NCBI GenBank assembly: GCA_045649455.1
Contig: JAZRPV010000058.1
Location: forward strand, 106 to 64,105
Length of the DNA stretch: 64,000 nt
Origin: Bacilli bacterium
Lineage (GTDB): Bacteria; Bacillota_I; Bacilli_A; RF39; UBA660
Direction of reading: 5' to 3'
The notes beneath the pieces are model-generated. The model saw only the letters and a program-made list of their open reading frames with translations. It was not told the DNA's origin and did not search any database. The position numbers and the translations under genes were made by a program. Positions 51,178-61,709 of this stretch are shown here, piece by piece (within the stretch, counting starts at the first letter, position 1; each line of letters starts with the position of its first letter).

Positions 51178-51768
51178 TTATATTGGTTTACTTACTGCAA
51201 GTCCATCTCCTATATTTAGAAACTCAGTTTTATAGTCTTCATTATTTTCTAAGAATTCATGATATGCTTTTACTTTTCTTATTAAAGCACGCAGATTTCT
51301 ACTTTCTATTTTACTTTCATCTTCTACTAAACCATGGAAATTCATATTGTCTGTAATGATTGTTCCTTGTTTAGCAAGATTCGTTGAGAACTTTTCAAAG
51401 AATTTAGTGTTTTGAGCTTTTGCGGCATCTATAAATACTAAATCAAATTCTTCATCTAACTCAACATCAAAAGCATCTTTGTATAGAAGTGTTATTCTTT
51501 CTTGAAGATGGAATTTTTTTATATTTTTTACTGCTTCTAAATATCTTTTTTCATCTCTTTCAATTGTTGTGATTGTTATTTCTTCATCTGTTAAAGCCAT
51601 TAAAATAGATGAGTATCCTATAGCTGCTCCTACTTCTAAAATTCTTTTGATATTATTTTCTTTTATATAATTTCTTATGTAATCTATGCCTTCATCAGTA
51701 ATAATTGGTACATTATTATCTTCAGCATATTCTTTCATTTCTTTAATTAAATCTATGGTATTTACCAT
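51178..51768 (-). CDS. SAM-dependent O-methyltransferase, YrrM/TrmR-like
   Basis: Class I MTase motif ILEVGAAIGYS...FIDAAK. Positioned between mltG and the U32 pair as in Bacillus. Confidence 0.8.
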   Translation of the reverse strand: MVNTIDLIKEMKEYAEDNNVPIITDEGIDYIRNYIKENNIKRILEVGAAIGYSSILMALTDEEITITTIERDEKRYLEAVKNIKKFHLQERITLLYKDAFDVELDEEFDLVFIDAAKAQNTKFFEKFSTNLAKQGTIITDNMNFHGLVEDESKIESRNLRALIRKVKAYHEFLENNEDYKTEFLNIGDGLAVSKPI

Positions 51769-52856
51769 ATCCAGTCACCTTTTTTCTTAATTTCCGCTAC
51801 TTTAGCATTATGCTCTTGAAGCGTTTTTGTAAAATATATTTTACCATGTTTATCGGCAACAAAGTATAAATATTCATTATTATTTGGATTTATTGCTGCT
51901 TCTAAAGAAGAATCTGATGGATTACAAATTGGTCCGATAGGCATTTTTCCTGCCATTGTTGATGATCTAGTGTTATATGGATTTACTGTATTAAATTGTT
52001 CTGTAGTTAAATCTTGGTTCATTGGATGTTGTAAAGCATAATATGTTGTAACATCACTTCCTAGATTCATTCCTCTTTGTAATCTATTATTAAATACTGC
52101 AACAATATCTTTTCTATTTGTTGTATTTGTTCCTTCTAATTCAGCCATTGATGCCATTGCAATATAATGATGTGGATTAGTAGATATTTTACTTTTATAT
52201 TTTTCTAAGATTATTGATGTTTGATCTAACATCTTTTCTATTATAGTTTCTACTGTAACTTTGCTATTTCTAAAATGATATGTATTTGGTGCTAGATAAC
52301 CTTCAAGAGGATAATAAATACCTTGTTGTAATATTGAGTTTGTTAAGAACCAATACTTATTTATTAAAGTATTTAAGTACTCTTTATTATTAATTGTACT
52401 AATTACTGTTTCATAATCATTTTCTGTATATTTTGCTATTGCTTTAGCAAAGTCTGTAATTCTTTCTCCTTCTCTAAATGTAATCTTTATTTCATCAGGA
52501 TTATATGAATTACCCTTTTCTAACATAGTTACTATTTCTTTTAGAGGCATCGATTGTTTCATTTGATATGTTGATGCTTTTAAGTAGTTTGTTTTTGATA
52601 CTTTTAAATACACTCTAAAGAAGAATTCACTTCTAATCAATTCTTTATCTTTTAATATAGTTGCTATTTCTTTAGAAGTTGCTCCATTTTTGATAACTAC
52701 TTCTATTTGTTTATCATTATTTTTATCAACCGGACTCATCATTACATTCCATGTAACTATAGCACTTACTAGCAATACAACAATTAGAACTGCTATAGAT
52801 ATCAAAGCTATTAATAATGGTTTTGCTCTTCTTTTTACTACCACTGTTGCCTCCAT
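51762..52856 (-). CDS. mltG: Endolytic murein transglycosylase MltG (YceG family)
   Basis: N-terminal TM, LysM-like segment and the YceG core (LEGYLAPNTYHF, ASMAELEG, NPYNTR). Start uncertain: GTG 52895, ATG 52856 or GTG 52844. Confidence 0.85.
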   Translation of the reverse strand: MEATVVVKRRAKPLLIALISIAVLIVVLLVSAIVTWNVMMSPVDKNNDKQIEVVIKNGATSKEIATILKDKELIRSEFFFRVYLKVSKTNYLKASTYQMKQSMPLKEIVTMLEKGNSYNPDEIKITFREGERITDFAKAIAKYTENDYETVISTINNKEYLNTLINKYWFLTNSILQQGIYYPLEGYLAPNTYHFRNSKVTVETIIEKMLDQTSIILEKYKSKISTNPHHYIAMASMAELEGTNTTNRKDIVAVFNNRLQRGMNLGSDVTTYYALQHPMNQDLTTEQFNTVNPYNTRSSTMAGKMPIGPICNPSDSSLEAAINPNNNEYLYFVADKHGKIYFTKTLQEHNAKVAEIKKKGDWIW

Positions 52857-52872
52857 AAAAAATAAAGAGCTA

Positions 52873-53166
52873 TTATTGCTCGTTATTTTCTCCACTCATT
52901 TTATTTCTTACTTCTTCTTGTAATGTTTCAAGAATTGTTTCAATTACTTTCCATTCTTGTTCAGTTTCAACCGCTCCTAAACGACTTTGTGGGTTTGTTG
53001 GATCATATGTTGATGCATATACAACGATATTTCCTGTTTCGTCTAAAGAGTTATCAGTATAAACGATATAATTGTTTCCATTTTCTTCACTTTCGAATGT
53101 GAATAATACATCATATGTATGTTCTTGTCCTTTTTCATCTAACATTGTAAATGTGTTCTTTTTCAT
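52873..53166 (-). CDS. DUF1292 family protein (YrzB-like)
   Basis: LDEKGQEHTYDVLFTFESEENGNNYIVYTDN is a typical DUF1292 signature. Synteny after ruvX. Confidence 0.8.
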   Translation of the reverse strand: MKKNTFTMLDEKGQEHTYDVLFTFESEENGNNYIVYTDNSLDETGNIVVYASTYDPTNPQSRLGAVETEQEWKVIETILETLQEEVRNKMSGENNEQ

Positions 53167-53582
53167 TATTTATCTCTCCTATCTAAATACGATTGTAATA
53201 TTATAGTAGCTGCGAGGCTGTCGACTACTTTTTTGCGATCTTTTCTTGAGACATTACCCATTATTAACATGTCTGTTGCACTTTTTGTAGTTAATCTTTC
53301 ATCTTGAAGATGAATTGGGATGTCTAATATTTTTTCTAATTGTTCTTTAAATGATAGACTAAGTTCTCCTTTTGGTCCTATAGTGTTATTCATATTTTTA
53401 GGAAACCCTAATACAATGGCAGCAATATTTAATTCTTCTACGATTGATTTAACTTCATCTAAAAGTCTGTCATATTCTTCATTGTGTCTTATTGTTTTAT
53501 ATGATGAAGCAATTAATCCTGTTCCATCGCTAACAGCAATCCCTAAGGTTCTACTTCCTAAATCTAGTCCTAAATATTTCAT
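53166..53582 (-). CDS. ruvX: Putative pre-16S rRNA nuclease / Holliday junction resolvase-like RuvX (YqgF)
   Basis: MKYLGLDLGSRTLGIAVSD...DERLTT. Confidence 0.9.
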   Translation of the reverse strand: MKYLGLDLGSRTLGIAVSDGTGLIASSYKTIRHNEEYDRLLDEVKSIVEELNIAAIVLGFPKNMNNTIGPKGELSLSFKEQLEKILDIPIHLQDERLTTKSATDMLIMGNVSRKDRKKVVDSLAATIILQSYLDRRDK

Positions 53583-53833
53583 TTATTCTTTTTATGAAAC
53601 TCAATTAGAAGAATTTCTACTATCTTAGCGCGATCGATTTCTTGTATTTTATTTCTAGCATCTTTATAGCTTGAAATATATCCAGGATCACCACTAATTA
53701 GATATCCAACAATTTGATTAATTGGATTATATCCTCTTTCTTCTAATGCTTCATATACCTCTTTTAATACTTGACGTGTCATTTCTGTATCGATTTCTTT
53801 AACGTCAAATAAAGTTGTTTTATCTTGTGACAT
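53579..53833 (-). CDS. ireB: IreB family regulatory phosphoprotein (UPF0297, YrzL-like)
   Basis: VLKEVYEALEERGYNPINQIVGYLISGDPGYISSYKDARNKI. Confidence 0.85.
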   Translation of the reverse strand: MSQDKTTLFDVKEIDTEMTRQVLKEVYEALEERGYNPINQIVGYLISGDPGYISSYKDARNKIQEIDRAKIVEILLIEFHKKNK

Positions 53834-53897
53834 ATTATCACCTCACTATAATATTTATACTTTTATTCTATCATTTTTTATTTTTAATTACAAGGTA

Positions 53898-55046
53898 TTA
53901 TCCTGCATATACAAAGGCCATGTAAATGGCAAATGCAAAGAAAATTATTGTTGTAATTAATCCATTCATTCTTTCAAAATTTGTACTCTTATCTTTTATT
54001 CCTAAAGCAACTGTTGCAAGAGTTCCTCCGATAAGACCTCCTATATGAGCACTATTATCTACTCCTGTCATTACAAATCCTAATACTAAGTTAAATACAA
54101 TTAACGGAATAATTTGACTCTTTATCACGTTTCCTAAATATACTCTGTAATGATATCCAAAGTATACTAGCGCTCCCATTAATCCAAATATTGCTCCAGA
54201 TGCACCAATTGATGCTGCATTTCCATTGAAGGTAATTGAGAATAACGATCCCATAACACCTCCAGCAAGATATATCACTGCAAATTTAAATTTACCTAGG
54301 AAACTTTCGATTTGTGACCCTATAACATATAGAGCATAAGAGTTAAAAATTAAGTGGAAGATGCTTCCATGTAGGAACAATCCTGTAAACAATCTATAGT
54401 AATGACCATATCTTATACTTGGTCCATGTACACAGAATTGTGCTACCATTGCTTCTGATTGGCCATATAAAAGTGGAATTACAAATATAATTATATTAAT
54501 TGCAAGAATTGCGTAAGTGACTGTAGGGAATTTTGGTTTAAATACTCTCTCTACTTTCTTAGAATCTTCTTGATTATGTTTATTAATATCCTTTGTAATC
54601 TTCATAAATAATTCTACACCTTTTTCATTGTAGATTAATTTTTTTGGAAGATCTGGGAATTTATTTTTAATAATTTGATTCTTTTCCAATTCTTTTTCGT
54701 CTTCTGCTTTTACCCAGAAGAAGTTTGGTATTGGTTCTTCAAATTTAACATTATCTCCTAAATTCACGAATATACTTAATACATTTATGTTAATTGATAA
54801 TGTTTTTTTCTTTATTTTTTTAACAATTCTTTGTGTTTTAAATTTATCAAATCCAAATTGTTCATTATTATGAATATAACCTGAAACTATACGTACAATT
54901 TGACATTCAGAAGATAAGTTTTCCAGCCAAATTTCATTTTCTACACCTTGTAAAATAATGGGATTATAGTTCTTCTCAGTAATAAAATAATGAAGCAGTT
55001 TCATGACAATAACATTTTTTTCGTCTTTCATTATTTCTGATTCCAT
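53898..55046 (-). CDS. Rhomboid family intramembrane serine protease
   Basis: Cytoplasmic N-domain plus six TM helices with HGSIFHLIFN, GASGAIFGL and AHIGGLIGG motifs. Confidence 0.85.
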   Translation of the reverse strand: MESEIMKDEKNVIVMKLLHYFITEKNYNPIILQGVENEIWLENLSSECQIVRIVSGYIHNNEQFGFDKFKTQRIVKKIKKKTLSININVLSIFVNLGDNVKFEEPIPNFFWVKAEDEKELEKNQIIKNKFPDLPKKLIYNEKGVELFMKITKDINKHNQEDSKKVERVFKPKFPTVTYAILAINIIIFVIPLLYGQSEAMVAQFCVHGPSIRYGHYYRLFTGLFLHGSIFHLIFNSYALYVIGSQIESFLGKFKFAVIYLAGGVMGSLFSITFNGNAASIGASGAIFGLMGALVYFGYHYRVYLGNVIKSQIIPLIVFNLVLGFVMTGVDNSAHIGGLIGGTLATVALGIKDKSTNFERMNGLITTIIFFAFAIYMAFVYAG

Positions 55047-55112
55047 TTTTTACCTCCTAAAATACTAATATTATTATAATATAAAACATAAAATAAAAAA
55101 AGAGGTGATTAT

Positions 55113-55571
55113 ATGTTTAAAAAGATTTTATTTTACATTATTTGTCTTGCTCCTTGGTTCTTAAGTAGTATAATTCCAGTTGATTTTGATTACTATGATA
55201 CAATTAACCTTCCCTTCTTTGCACCTGGTAATTGGTTCTATATTATAGCATGGCCTACTGTATATATTTTATTAGCATTTAATCTTTATTTGTTATTTAA
55301 AGAAATTAGTTTTAGGGATACGCCATGGTCATATAAAATAAGTTTATTTATTAACTATATATTTAACCAAGGATATACTCTTGTTGCATTTGGTTTAAAA
55401 AATAACTTTTTAGGGTTTATATTCTGTTTAGGTAATTTAATAAGTTTATTATTTTTATATGAGGAAACTTATCAATTGAAAATTAGTAAAATTAAGTTAT
55501 TATGGCCATATATTTTAATAAGTATATTTGCAGTTATTTTATCTTTTTCTATTTATATTATTAATCTATAA
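55113..55571 (+). CDS. TspO/MBR-like membrane protein
   Basis: 152 aa, five TM helices. INLPFFAPGNWFYIIAWPTVYILLA and INYIFNQGYTLVAF resemble TspO signatures. RBS AGAGGTGA. Confidence 0.55.
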   Translation: MFKKILFYIICLAPWFLSSIIPVDFDYYDTINLPFFAPGNWFYIIAWPTVYILLAFNLYLLFKEISFRDTPWSYKISLFINYIFNQGYTLVAFGLKNNFLGFIFCLGNLISLLFLYEETYQLKISKIKLLWPYILISIFAVILSFSIYIINL

Positions 55572-55606
55572 AAAAAGTAATAGTTGGACTATTACTTTTA
55601 TTTTTC
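55570..55606. terminator. Bidirectional terminator between the TspO-like gene and the hybrid kinase
   Basis: agtaatagt-tgg-actattact stem flanked by an A-run and a T-run. Confidence 0.6.
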
Positions 55607-57862
55607 TAAATAGTTAGTTGTTATTCTAAGAACATTTTTATATTCTTCTTCTAACTTGTTAAAGTTTTCATTTACATATGTTGAATCATTTTCTTTACTC
55701 TTTAATTCGTGTTGATATGCTACATCTGCTAAATTCATAAATCCTAGATATTTACAGTCACTCTTCAACGAATGAACATCTATAGCATAGTTTGGCATGT
55801 CATTATTATTTTTAAATTCTGTAATTCTATTCCATTTACTTGGTAACTCATTATAGAAGTCTTTTATTGTGTCATTGTACATATCCATATCACCTAGAAG
55901 TTCTAAGGCTTTGTCCATATCAACACCATTTTGAATTAAATATTCCTTTGTATTTGTTGATTCTTGTTGTACAGGTTCTTCATATTCTAATATTTCCAAT
56001 TGTTCTACTTCTTCTTGTTGTATTTCTTGTTTAGCTTTTTTTGCATTATTTAACACTTCGTTTAATACTTTTACTAATTCATTTTTATCAATTGGTTTTG
56101 CTAAATAACTTGTGAATCCTTCATTTAGATATTTTTCTTTCATACCTGTGATAGCATTTGCAGTTAATGCAACTACTGCCGTATTAAAGTTTGGTATTTT
56201 CTTTAATTCTTTTAGTGTTTCTGTACCACTCATTTTAGGCATCATATCATCTAATAGAATTACATCATATTTATCATTATTTTGAATACTTTTTAAACAT
56301 TCAATTCCGCTTGTGAATGAAGTAATGTTTGTTGCGTTATGTCTTTCTAATAATTTAGTCGCTACTTTTATATTTAATTCATTATCATCAACTAGTAAAA
56401 TCTTCTTATCTGTTAAATCTAATGTATTATTGATTTCTTCTTTAGGTTCTTCTACTTTAATATTTTCTATTCTTTGAGATAGAGTTACTGTGAATTTAGA
56501 ACCTTCTCCATAAACTGTATGAACGATTATTTTTCCACCCATCATTTCTACTAGTTGTTTTGTAATTGCTAAACCTAATCCAGTTCCTTCTACAGTTGTA
56601 TTTCTATCTTCATCTAAACGTTGGAACTTTTTAAATAGTTTATCAATATCTTCTTTCTTAATTCCTCTACCTGTATCTTCAACAGATATTATTAATTTAC
56701 AAATACCATTTACATTAAAACATGATACTTCATAATGAACATTTCCTTTTGATGTGTACTTGCAGGCATTACTTAATAAGTTTGTAATAACCTTTTTTAT
56801 ATTAGCATGATCTCCATATAATGTTTCTGGTAAATCTGGTGCAATATTATAAGTGAAATTTAATCCTTTTTCGTTCATTTTAGGTGTTATTAATTTTGCA
56901 AGAGATTCAAATGTCAATCTTGCATTATATGGTGAATTTACTATTTCTAATTTTCCTGCTTCAATCTTAGAAATATCTAAGATACCATTAACAATTTCAA
57001 GTAATGTTTGAGATGCATTTACAATGTCTTTAGCATTTTCTTTTGCTTCCGTAATTGTATCTGCATTAATAACACATTCACTAAATCCTACGATAGCATT
57101 TAAGGGTGTACGTATTTCATGTGACATACTCGATAAGAAATCTGTTTTAGCATGGTTAGCTTTATCCGCTTGATCTTTGGCTAAGTTTAATTGTTCAATC
57201 ATTTTTACATCTGGGTTTTCAATTGTGTTACACATTAAAAATATTAAGAATGTTTCCATTGATGTTGCTAAAGTTAATGCTGGATTAAATTGTTGGATTA
57301 ATGCAACTGCTCCACATCCTAAAATATATGCAAAAAGAACAATTGTTTTTTTTCTTTTAATATTTTTAAATTTAAAAGTCATCATAAGTACACAAATAAG
57401 TGTACAAAGTGCTGATGCAAAATATACAACATTAGCAGATGGTCCAGATGAATACATTACCCATCCTTTACTGTATAAATCAATTGGTAAAATTATTACT
57501 AATAAACCCATAATTACATCGGCAGCAAAAGCAATTTTTCTTATTAATTTATGTTTTTCAGAAAAATCTTCTTCTCTTGCGTCAATTAATGTTATGTATG
57601 CTGCATATATGCTAAATAGTATGGCGAATGTTAATAAATATAATAAGAATAATTTATTAATCATTATAGCTATAAAACTTTGTGTTCCTAAATAGTAAAG
57701 TGAAAATATACAACTAAATTCTAAAACAATTCCTATTAAGTTACTTACCATCATAATACTAAACATTTTTGTTTCATATGTTTTGATATGTTTTTTAGAA
57801 AAATATAATATATTTAAAAATATACTATATAAAAAACTTATACATAAAATTGCTATACCCAT
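55598..57862 (-). CDS. Hybrid sensor histidine kinase (membrane sensor, HisKA, HATPase, REC, HPt)
   Basis: Six to seven TM helices, H-box SHEIRTPLN, G-boxes DTGRGI/GTGLGL, receiver LLVDDNELN...LLDDMMPKMSG...LTA, and a C-terminal HPt-like DVHSLKSDCKYLG. Confidence 0.88.
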   Translation of the reverse strand: MGIAILCISFLYSIFLNILYFSKKHIKTYETKMFSIMMVSNLIGIVLEFSCIFSLYYLGTQSFIAIMINKLFLLYLLTFAILFSIYAAYITLIDAREEDFSEKHKLIRKIAFAADVIMGLLVIILPIDLYSKGWVMYSSGPSANVVYFASALCTLICVLMMTFKFKNIKRKKTIVLFAYILGCGAVALIQQFNPALTLATSMETFLIFLMCNTIENPDVKMIEQLNLAKDQADKANHAKTDFLSSMSHEIRTPLNAIVGFSECVINADTITEAKENAKDIVNASQTLLEIVNGILDISKIEAGKLEIVNSPYNARLTFESLAKLITPKMNEKGLNFTYNIAPDLPETLYGDHANIKKVITNLLSNACKYTSKGNVHYEVSCFNVNGICKLIISVEDTGRGIKKEDIDKLFKKFQRLDEDRNTTVEGTGLGLAITKQLVEMMGGKIIVHTVYGEGSKFTVTLSQRIENIKVEEPKEEINNTLDLTDKKILLVDDNELNIKVATKLLERHNATNITSFTSGIECLKSIQNNDKYDVILLDDMMPKMSGTETLKELKKIPNFNTAVVALTANAITGMKEKYLNEGFTSYLAKPIDKNELVKVLNEVLNNAKKAKQEIQQEEVEQLEILEYEEPVQQESTNTKEYLIQNGVDMDKALELLGDMDMYNDTIKDFYNELPSKWNRITEFKNNNDMPNYAIDVHSLKSDCKYLGFMNLADVAYQHELKSKENDSTYVNENFNKLEEEYKNVLRITTNYLEK

Positions 57863-57922
57863 ATTGTTACACCTCTAGTATAAATATATCATATTTAAAA
57901 TAAAAAAAATAGATTTGATAAT

Positions 57923-59881
57923 CTATTTTTTATATACTTTTGGACTACTTACTACTGGATGTAATTTATATAATCCGTCATAACCAACTTCAACAGGAAT
58001 AACACATTTTTCTGTTACACCTTCGGCTTTTAGAGCTTGATTATTTCTTTTTCCACATCCTGTTAGTTCAAATGCTTCATCAAATGAGTGAAGTCTATAA
58101 ACTATTCTTGATGCAAATTCTTCTCCAAAATCTCTTATACATCTTTGTTTAGCACTCATTAATATATCTTCGAAATTTGATTTTCCTGGTTGTAATTCTA
58201 CGTGAGCAACATAATAATTTGTTGCTTCATCTTCTATTACTTCACAAGATAGTATATTCTTTGTATCTTTTAAAATTGTATCTGCAATCATAAATGGCGG
58301 AAGTGTTTCTTTTGATGTTGGAATTCTTCCTTTCATATGTACTCCACCTTTTGCATCTATGAAACTGTATACATTACAATCTCCCCATACTTTTCCTGTT
58401 GCATCAGTTATGAAGAATTTATCTGTTGCTTCTGGATTATTCTTATAGCATTTCATATTACATGGTGAGTTTGCTACTAATCTTCCCATTTGATATGGTT
58501 CACAATAGTTTCCATTTTCATCAAGTACTGCTACATCTACCATTTGGAACGGATTCATTCCTGCCACATCAGTTTTTCTTCCTGGAATTTTACTTTGAAG
58601 TGCTCTAAATAATATCCAGAATATTCCTCCGTGTTCACAGTCTCCTCCAGCAACAGACATTGTTATTGGCGAAATTGGTGAAGGAATTTTATCTCTTCCT
58701 GCTGATACTTTTCTTAATCCTTTATTAATAAACTTTTCTTCATTTCTTTCTAATGGCTCTCCTACTGAGAACGGAATTAATAAGAAAGGCATTTTGATAT
58801 TTTTATATCTTTCATCATACATTGCTTTTTTCATCGTATTTAACCAGAAACTTCTTGTTGCAACTACATAATTTGGTCTATTTATTAATAGTGAATCTAT
58901 AAAGAAATCTTTATCATAAATAGGTTCTAGTGCAAGTCTTGATCCTTGCATTAAAGAGTCTGAAATACTTGCGATTATATCTGTATTTGAATGTGTTGGA
59001 ATTTGTGCTTGAATAGTAAACTCTTTCATTGATGCTGATTTTTGCACATCAGTATCATGACATCTTCCAATTGTAATAAAACTTCTTACAGTATGAACAA
59101 TAGCTTTTGCACGTGATGAGTTTGTTGAACCAGATGAGTATGTAATTGTAAATTCATCATCTAAATTAACATCTGAGATTAATTCTCCTTGATAATCTTT
59201 ACCACTTTGAACAAATTCATTTATATCTTGAATGTTTGAATTTTGTGATTTATGTTCTTCAACTGTATTAACAAATTTACCATGTTTTTTATCATATTCT
59301 TCATATAAATTCGATGTTTTTGGAAGTGAATCAGTTAATGATGTCATAATTATATTTGAAATATGACTTCTATCGATTGAATCTTTTAATTCTTCGTATT
59401 TTCCATCTTCTACAAACATGATTTCTGAATTACATCCATCTATTATTTCAGTTATATATTCTGGATCAAATTCTTCATTAAAGATATTTGCTTTTGCTCC
59501 TACCATACTGATTGCACCAAGTAAATATACTAACTCTGGTGTATTTGACATACAGATTGGAATTTCTGTACCCTTTTCAACTCCCTGTTGTCTTAATGCC
59601 TTAGCATACTCTTTCATATGTTCAAACATTTCACCATATGTTACTTCTGTACCTCTATAGAATAATGCTATATCATCTAAAGTTTGTTCATTTCTTAAAT
59701 ATAATTCTTCAAACCAAGAATGATTATGATTTGCTTCTAAATCTTCCAATACACCTTGAATGAATTTATCATTTTTCTCTTTTTTTCTTTCAGCGAAACT
59801 TTTTCTAGTAATGTAACCTTCTTGTGTTCTAAAACTTGCTTTCTTATTTAATGTTTCTATTATTTTCTTTATATTAATCAT
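57923..59881 (-). CDS. AMP-dependent synthetase/ligase family protein
   Basis: Adenylate-forming core motif TYSSGSTNSSRAKAI (a degenerate T[SG]GTTGxPK) and ANL-superfamily length. Confidence 0.7.
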   Translation of the reverse strand: MINIKKIIETLNKKASFRTQEGYITRKSFAERKKEKNDKFIQGVLEDLEANHNHSWFEELYLRNEQTLDDIALFYRGTEVTYGEMFEHMKEYAKALRQQGVEKGTEIPICMSNTPELVYLLGAISMVGAKANIFNEEFDPEYITEIIDGCNSEIMFVEDGKYEELKDSIDRSHISNIIMTSLTDSLPKTSNLYEEYDKKHGKFVNTVEEHKSQNSNIQDINEFVQSGKDYQGELISDVNLDDEFTITYSSGSTNSSRAKAIVHTVRSFITIGRCHDTDVQKSASMKEFTIQAQIPTHSNTDIIASISDSLMQGSRLALEPIYDKDFFIDSLLINRPNYVVATRSFWLNTMKKAMYDERYKNIKMPFLLIPFSVGEPLERNEEKFINKGLRKVSAGRDKIPSPISPITMSVAGGDCEHGGIFWILFRALQSKIPGRKTDVAGMNPFQMVDVAVLDENGNYCEPYQMGRLVANSPCNMKCYKNNPEATDKFFITDATGKVWGDCNVYSFIDAKGGVHMKGRIPTSKETLPPFMIADTILKDTKNILSCEVIEDEATNYYVAHVELQPGKSNFEDILMSAKQRCIRDFGEEFASRIVYRLHSFDEAFELTGCGKRNNQALKAEGVTEKCVIPVEVGYDGLYKLHPVVSSPKVYKK

Positions 59882-59985
59882 TGGAACCCTCCTATATAGA
59901 TTATACTCTCAAAATAATTATTTCATATTATTTTTTTAGTTGTCAATAAATTAGACTTTTATTGTCAAAAAAAAATACTAATTTC

Positions 59986-60417
59986 TTAGTATTTTATATT
60001 TTCTATAACATATTTTGCGAATGGCGATAAGTCGTCTTTATTTAACGTTTTTATGTCATACCAGTTGCAACCCTCTGAATCTAGGAAATCTGGTGTATCT
60101 TTTAATTTTTCTTCTTTTATTTCTACTTTATATAATATTCCGATGTGATGTAAATCTTCTTTTGTATCTTCTGTCATTTGCCAAATTATATTAGTAGAGG
60201 TTACGCCAAATAGTTCTTTATTAACTACCGTTACATCAGCTTCTTCTTGTAGTTCTCTTATTAAAGTTTCTTCGGGAGTTTCTGTATGTTCAATTCCTCC
60301 ACCTGGTAAATCTAATTTTCCTTTATATCCACCGCGTGCCTTTTTGATTAAAGCAATTTTTTCATCTTTAATAATTATTCCATATGATCCTATATGAGTT
60401 TTAACAACTGTATTCAT
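59986..60417 (-). CDS. NUDIX hydrolase
   Basis: Nudix box GGGIEHTETPEETLIRELQEEADV. Confidence 0.88.
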   Translation of the reverse strand: MNTVVKTHIGSYGIIIKDEKIALIKKARGGYKGKLDLPGGGIEHTETPEETLIRELQEEADVTVVNKELFGVTSTNIIWQMTEDTKEDLHHIGILYKVEIKEEKLKDTPDFLDSEGCNWYDIKTLNKDDLSPFAKYVIENIKY

Positions 60418-60419
60418 AA

Positions 60420-61304
60420 TTATTCTCCTTCTAATTCATTTAATTTATCTTGAAACTCTTTTGGAGGTTCAACTGTAAATGATAATAATTTGTTTGTTCT
60501 TGGATGAACAAATTCAATATATTTAGAATGAAGCATTTGACCAAAGTCTGTTGCTTTCTTTTTACAGTATGTTGGATCATTATTTACTGGATATCCAATA
60601 TATGCTAAGTGAACTCTAATTTGATGAGTTCTTCCTGTTTCAAGAATACATTCTAGTAATGTATTTTCTTTATATTGTTTTAATACTCTAAAGTGAGTTA
60701 TGGCATCTTTAGCATTAATATCTGTAACAGTCATTTGTTGTCTATTATTAGGATCTCTTCCTATTGGTGCATCAATTGTACCAGTGTCATGTTTAATTAA
60801 ACCATTTACGATTGCAAGATAATGTCTTTTTACGTCTTTTTTAGAAATCATATCTGATAGACGTTCATGAGTCCATTCGTTTTTTGCAACTAACATTACT
60901 CCACTTGTGTCTTTATCTAAACGGTGAACAATCCCTGGTCTTATCTTATCCTTTGATTCAATATTAAAATGATATAAAAGTGCATTTACTAATGTTCCTG
61001 TATAGTGTCCTGCTGCTGGATGAACTACCATTCCACTTGGCTTATTAATTACTAATAAGTCATCATCTTCATATACAATATCCAATGGTATATTTTCTGG
61101 TTCTACTTTCATTTCATAATCTAAATCATCATTTATTTCTATTTCATCATTTAATTTTACTTGATAACTTCCGTTTACATTTTTTCCATTAACTGTTACT
61201 AAATCTTCTTTAATAAGTTTTTGAATTTTACTTCTTGAAAGTTCTAATTTTTCTGCTAAATAAGTATCTAATCTAGATGTTGTTTCTTCTTCTACTCTTA
61301 TCAT
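60420..61304 (-). CDS. rluD: RluA-family 23S rRNA pseudouridine synthase (RluD-like)
   Basis: N-terminal S4 domain (RLDTYLAEKLELSRSKIQKLI) and catalytic HRLDKDTSG. Confidence 0.88.
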   Translation of the reverse strand: MIRVEEETTSRLDTYLAEKLELSRSKIQKLIKEDLVTVNGKNVNGSYQVKLNDEIEINDDLDYEMKVEPENIPLDIVYEDDDLLVINKPSGMVVHPAAGHYTGTLVNALLYHFNIESKDKIRPGIVHRLDKDTSGVMLVAKNEWTHERLSDMISKKDVKRHYLAIVNGLIKHDTGTIDAPIGRDPNNRQQMTVTDINAKDAITHFRVLKQYKENTLLECILETGRTHQIRVHLAYIGYPVNNDPTYCKKKATDFGQMLHSKYIEFVHPRTNKLLSFTVEPPKEFQDKLNELEGE

Positions 61305-61340
61305 ATTAGGTACCTCCTTTTATGTCGTGGTTGTATTATA

Positions 61341-61709
61341 TCATAGTTTAATGTTTTTGTCTTGTAGTTTTTTTGAATAAACTTTTGGTTTTTCTGGATT
61401 TTCTAACTCATCGTTTGCAAGTTCTACTTCTAATTGTCTGACATCTTGTTTTAAAAGTTCGCGCTCTACAATTCTTTTTGTTCCAATAGTTGCATTAGTA
61501 ACTGCTGATGCTGCTGATATAATCCCTACAAAATTATCTATAACTTCATTGTGTGAAAACTCACCATCTATTGCAAAAATTGCAACAGCCATGCCTACAC
61601 CTAAGAAAGTAAACATACCACTTCTATTTACTTGAAAGTATAGTCTTTGTATTTCTTCTTCATAATTCTTAAGAATTTCTATTTTGAATTTTCTTTGTTG
61701 CTCGTTCAT
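61341..61709 (-). CDS. Hypothetical membrane protein
   Basis: 122 aa with a central hydrophobic pair. Overlaps the lspA 3' end by 41 nt. Confidence 0.45.
   Translation of the reverse strand: MNEQQRKFKIEILKNYEEEIQRLYFQVNRSGMFTFLGVGMAVAIFAIDGEFSHNEVIDNFVGIISAASAVTNATIGTKRIVERELLKQDVRQLEVELANDELENPEKPKVYSKKLQDKNIKL

Noticed and set aside
57177-57695. 172-aa plus-strand ORF, with similar long antisense ORFs at 15611-15967, 27988-28353, 21025-21357 and 53320-53628
   Set aside because: All lie fully inside well-supported minus-strand genes, lack RBSs, and have the Leu/Ile/Phe/Ser-rich composition typical of antisense frames in AT-rich DNA.
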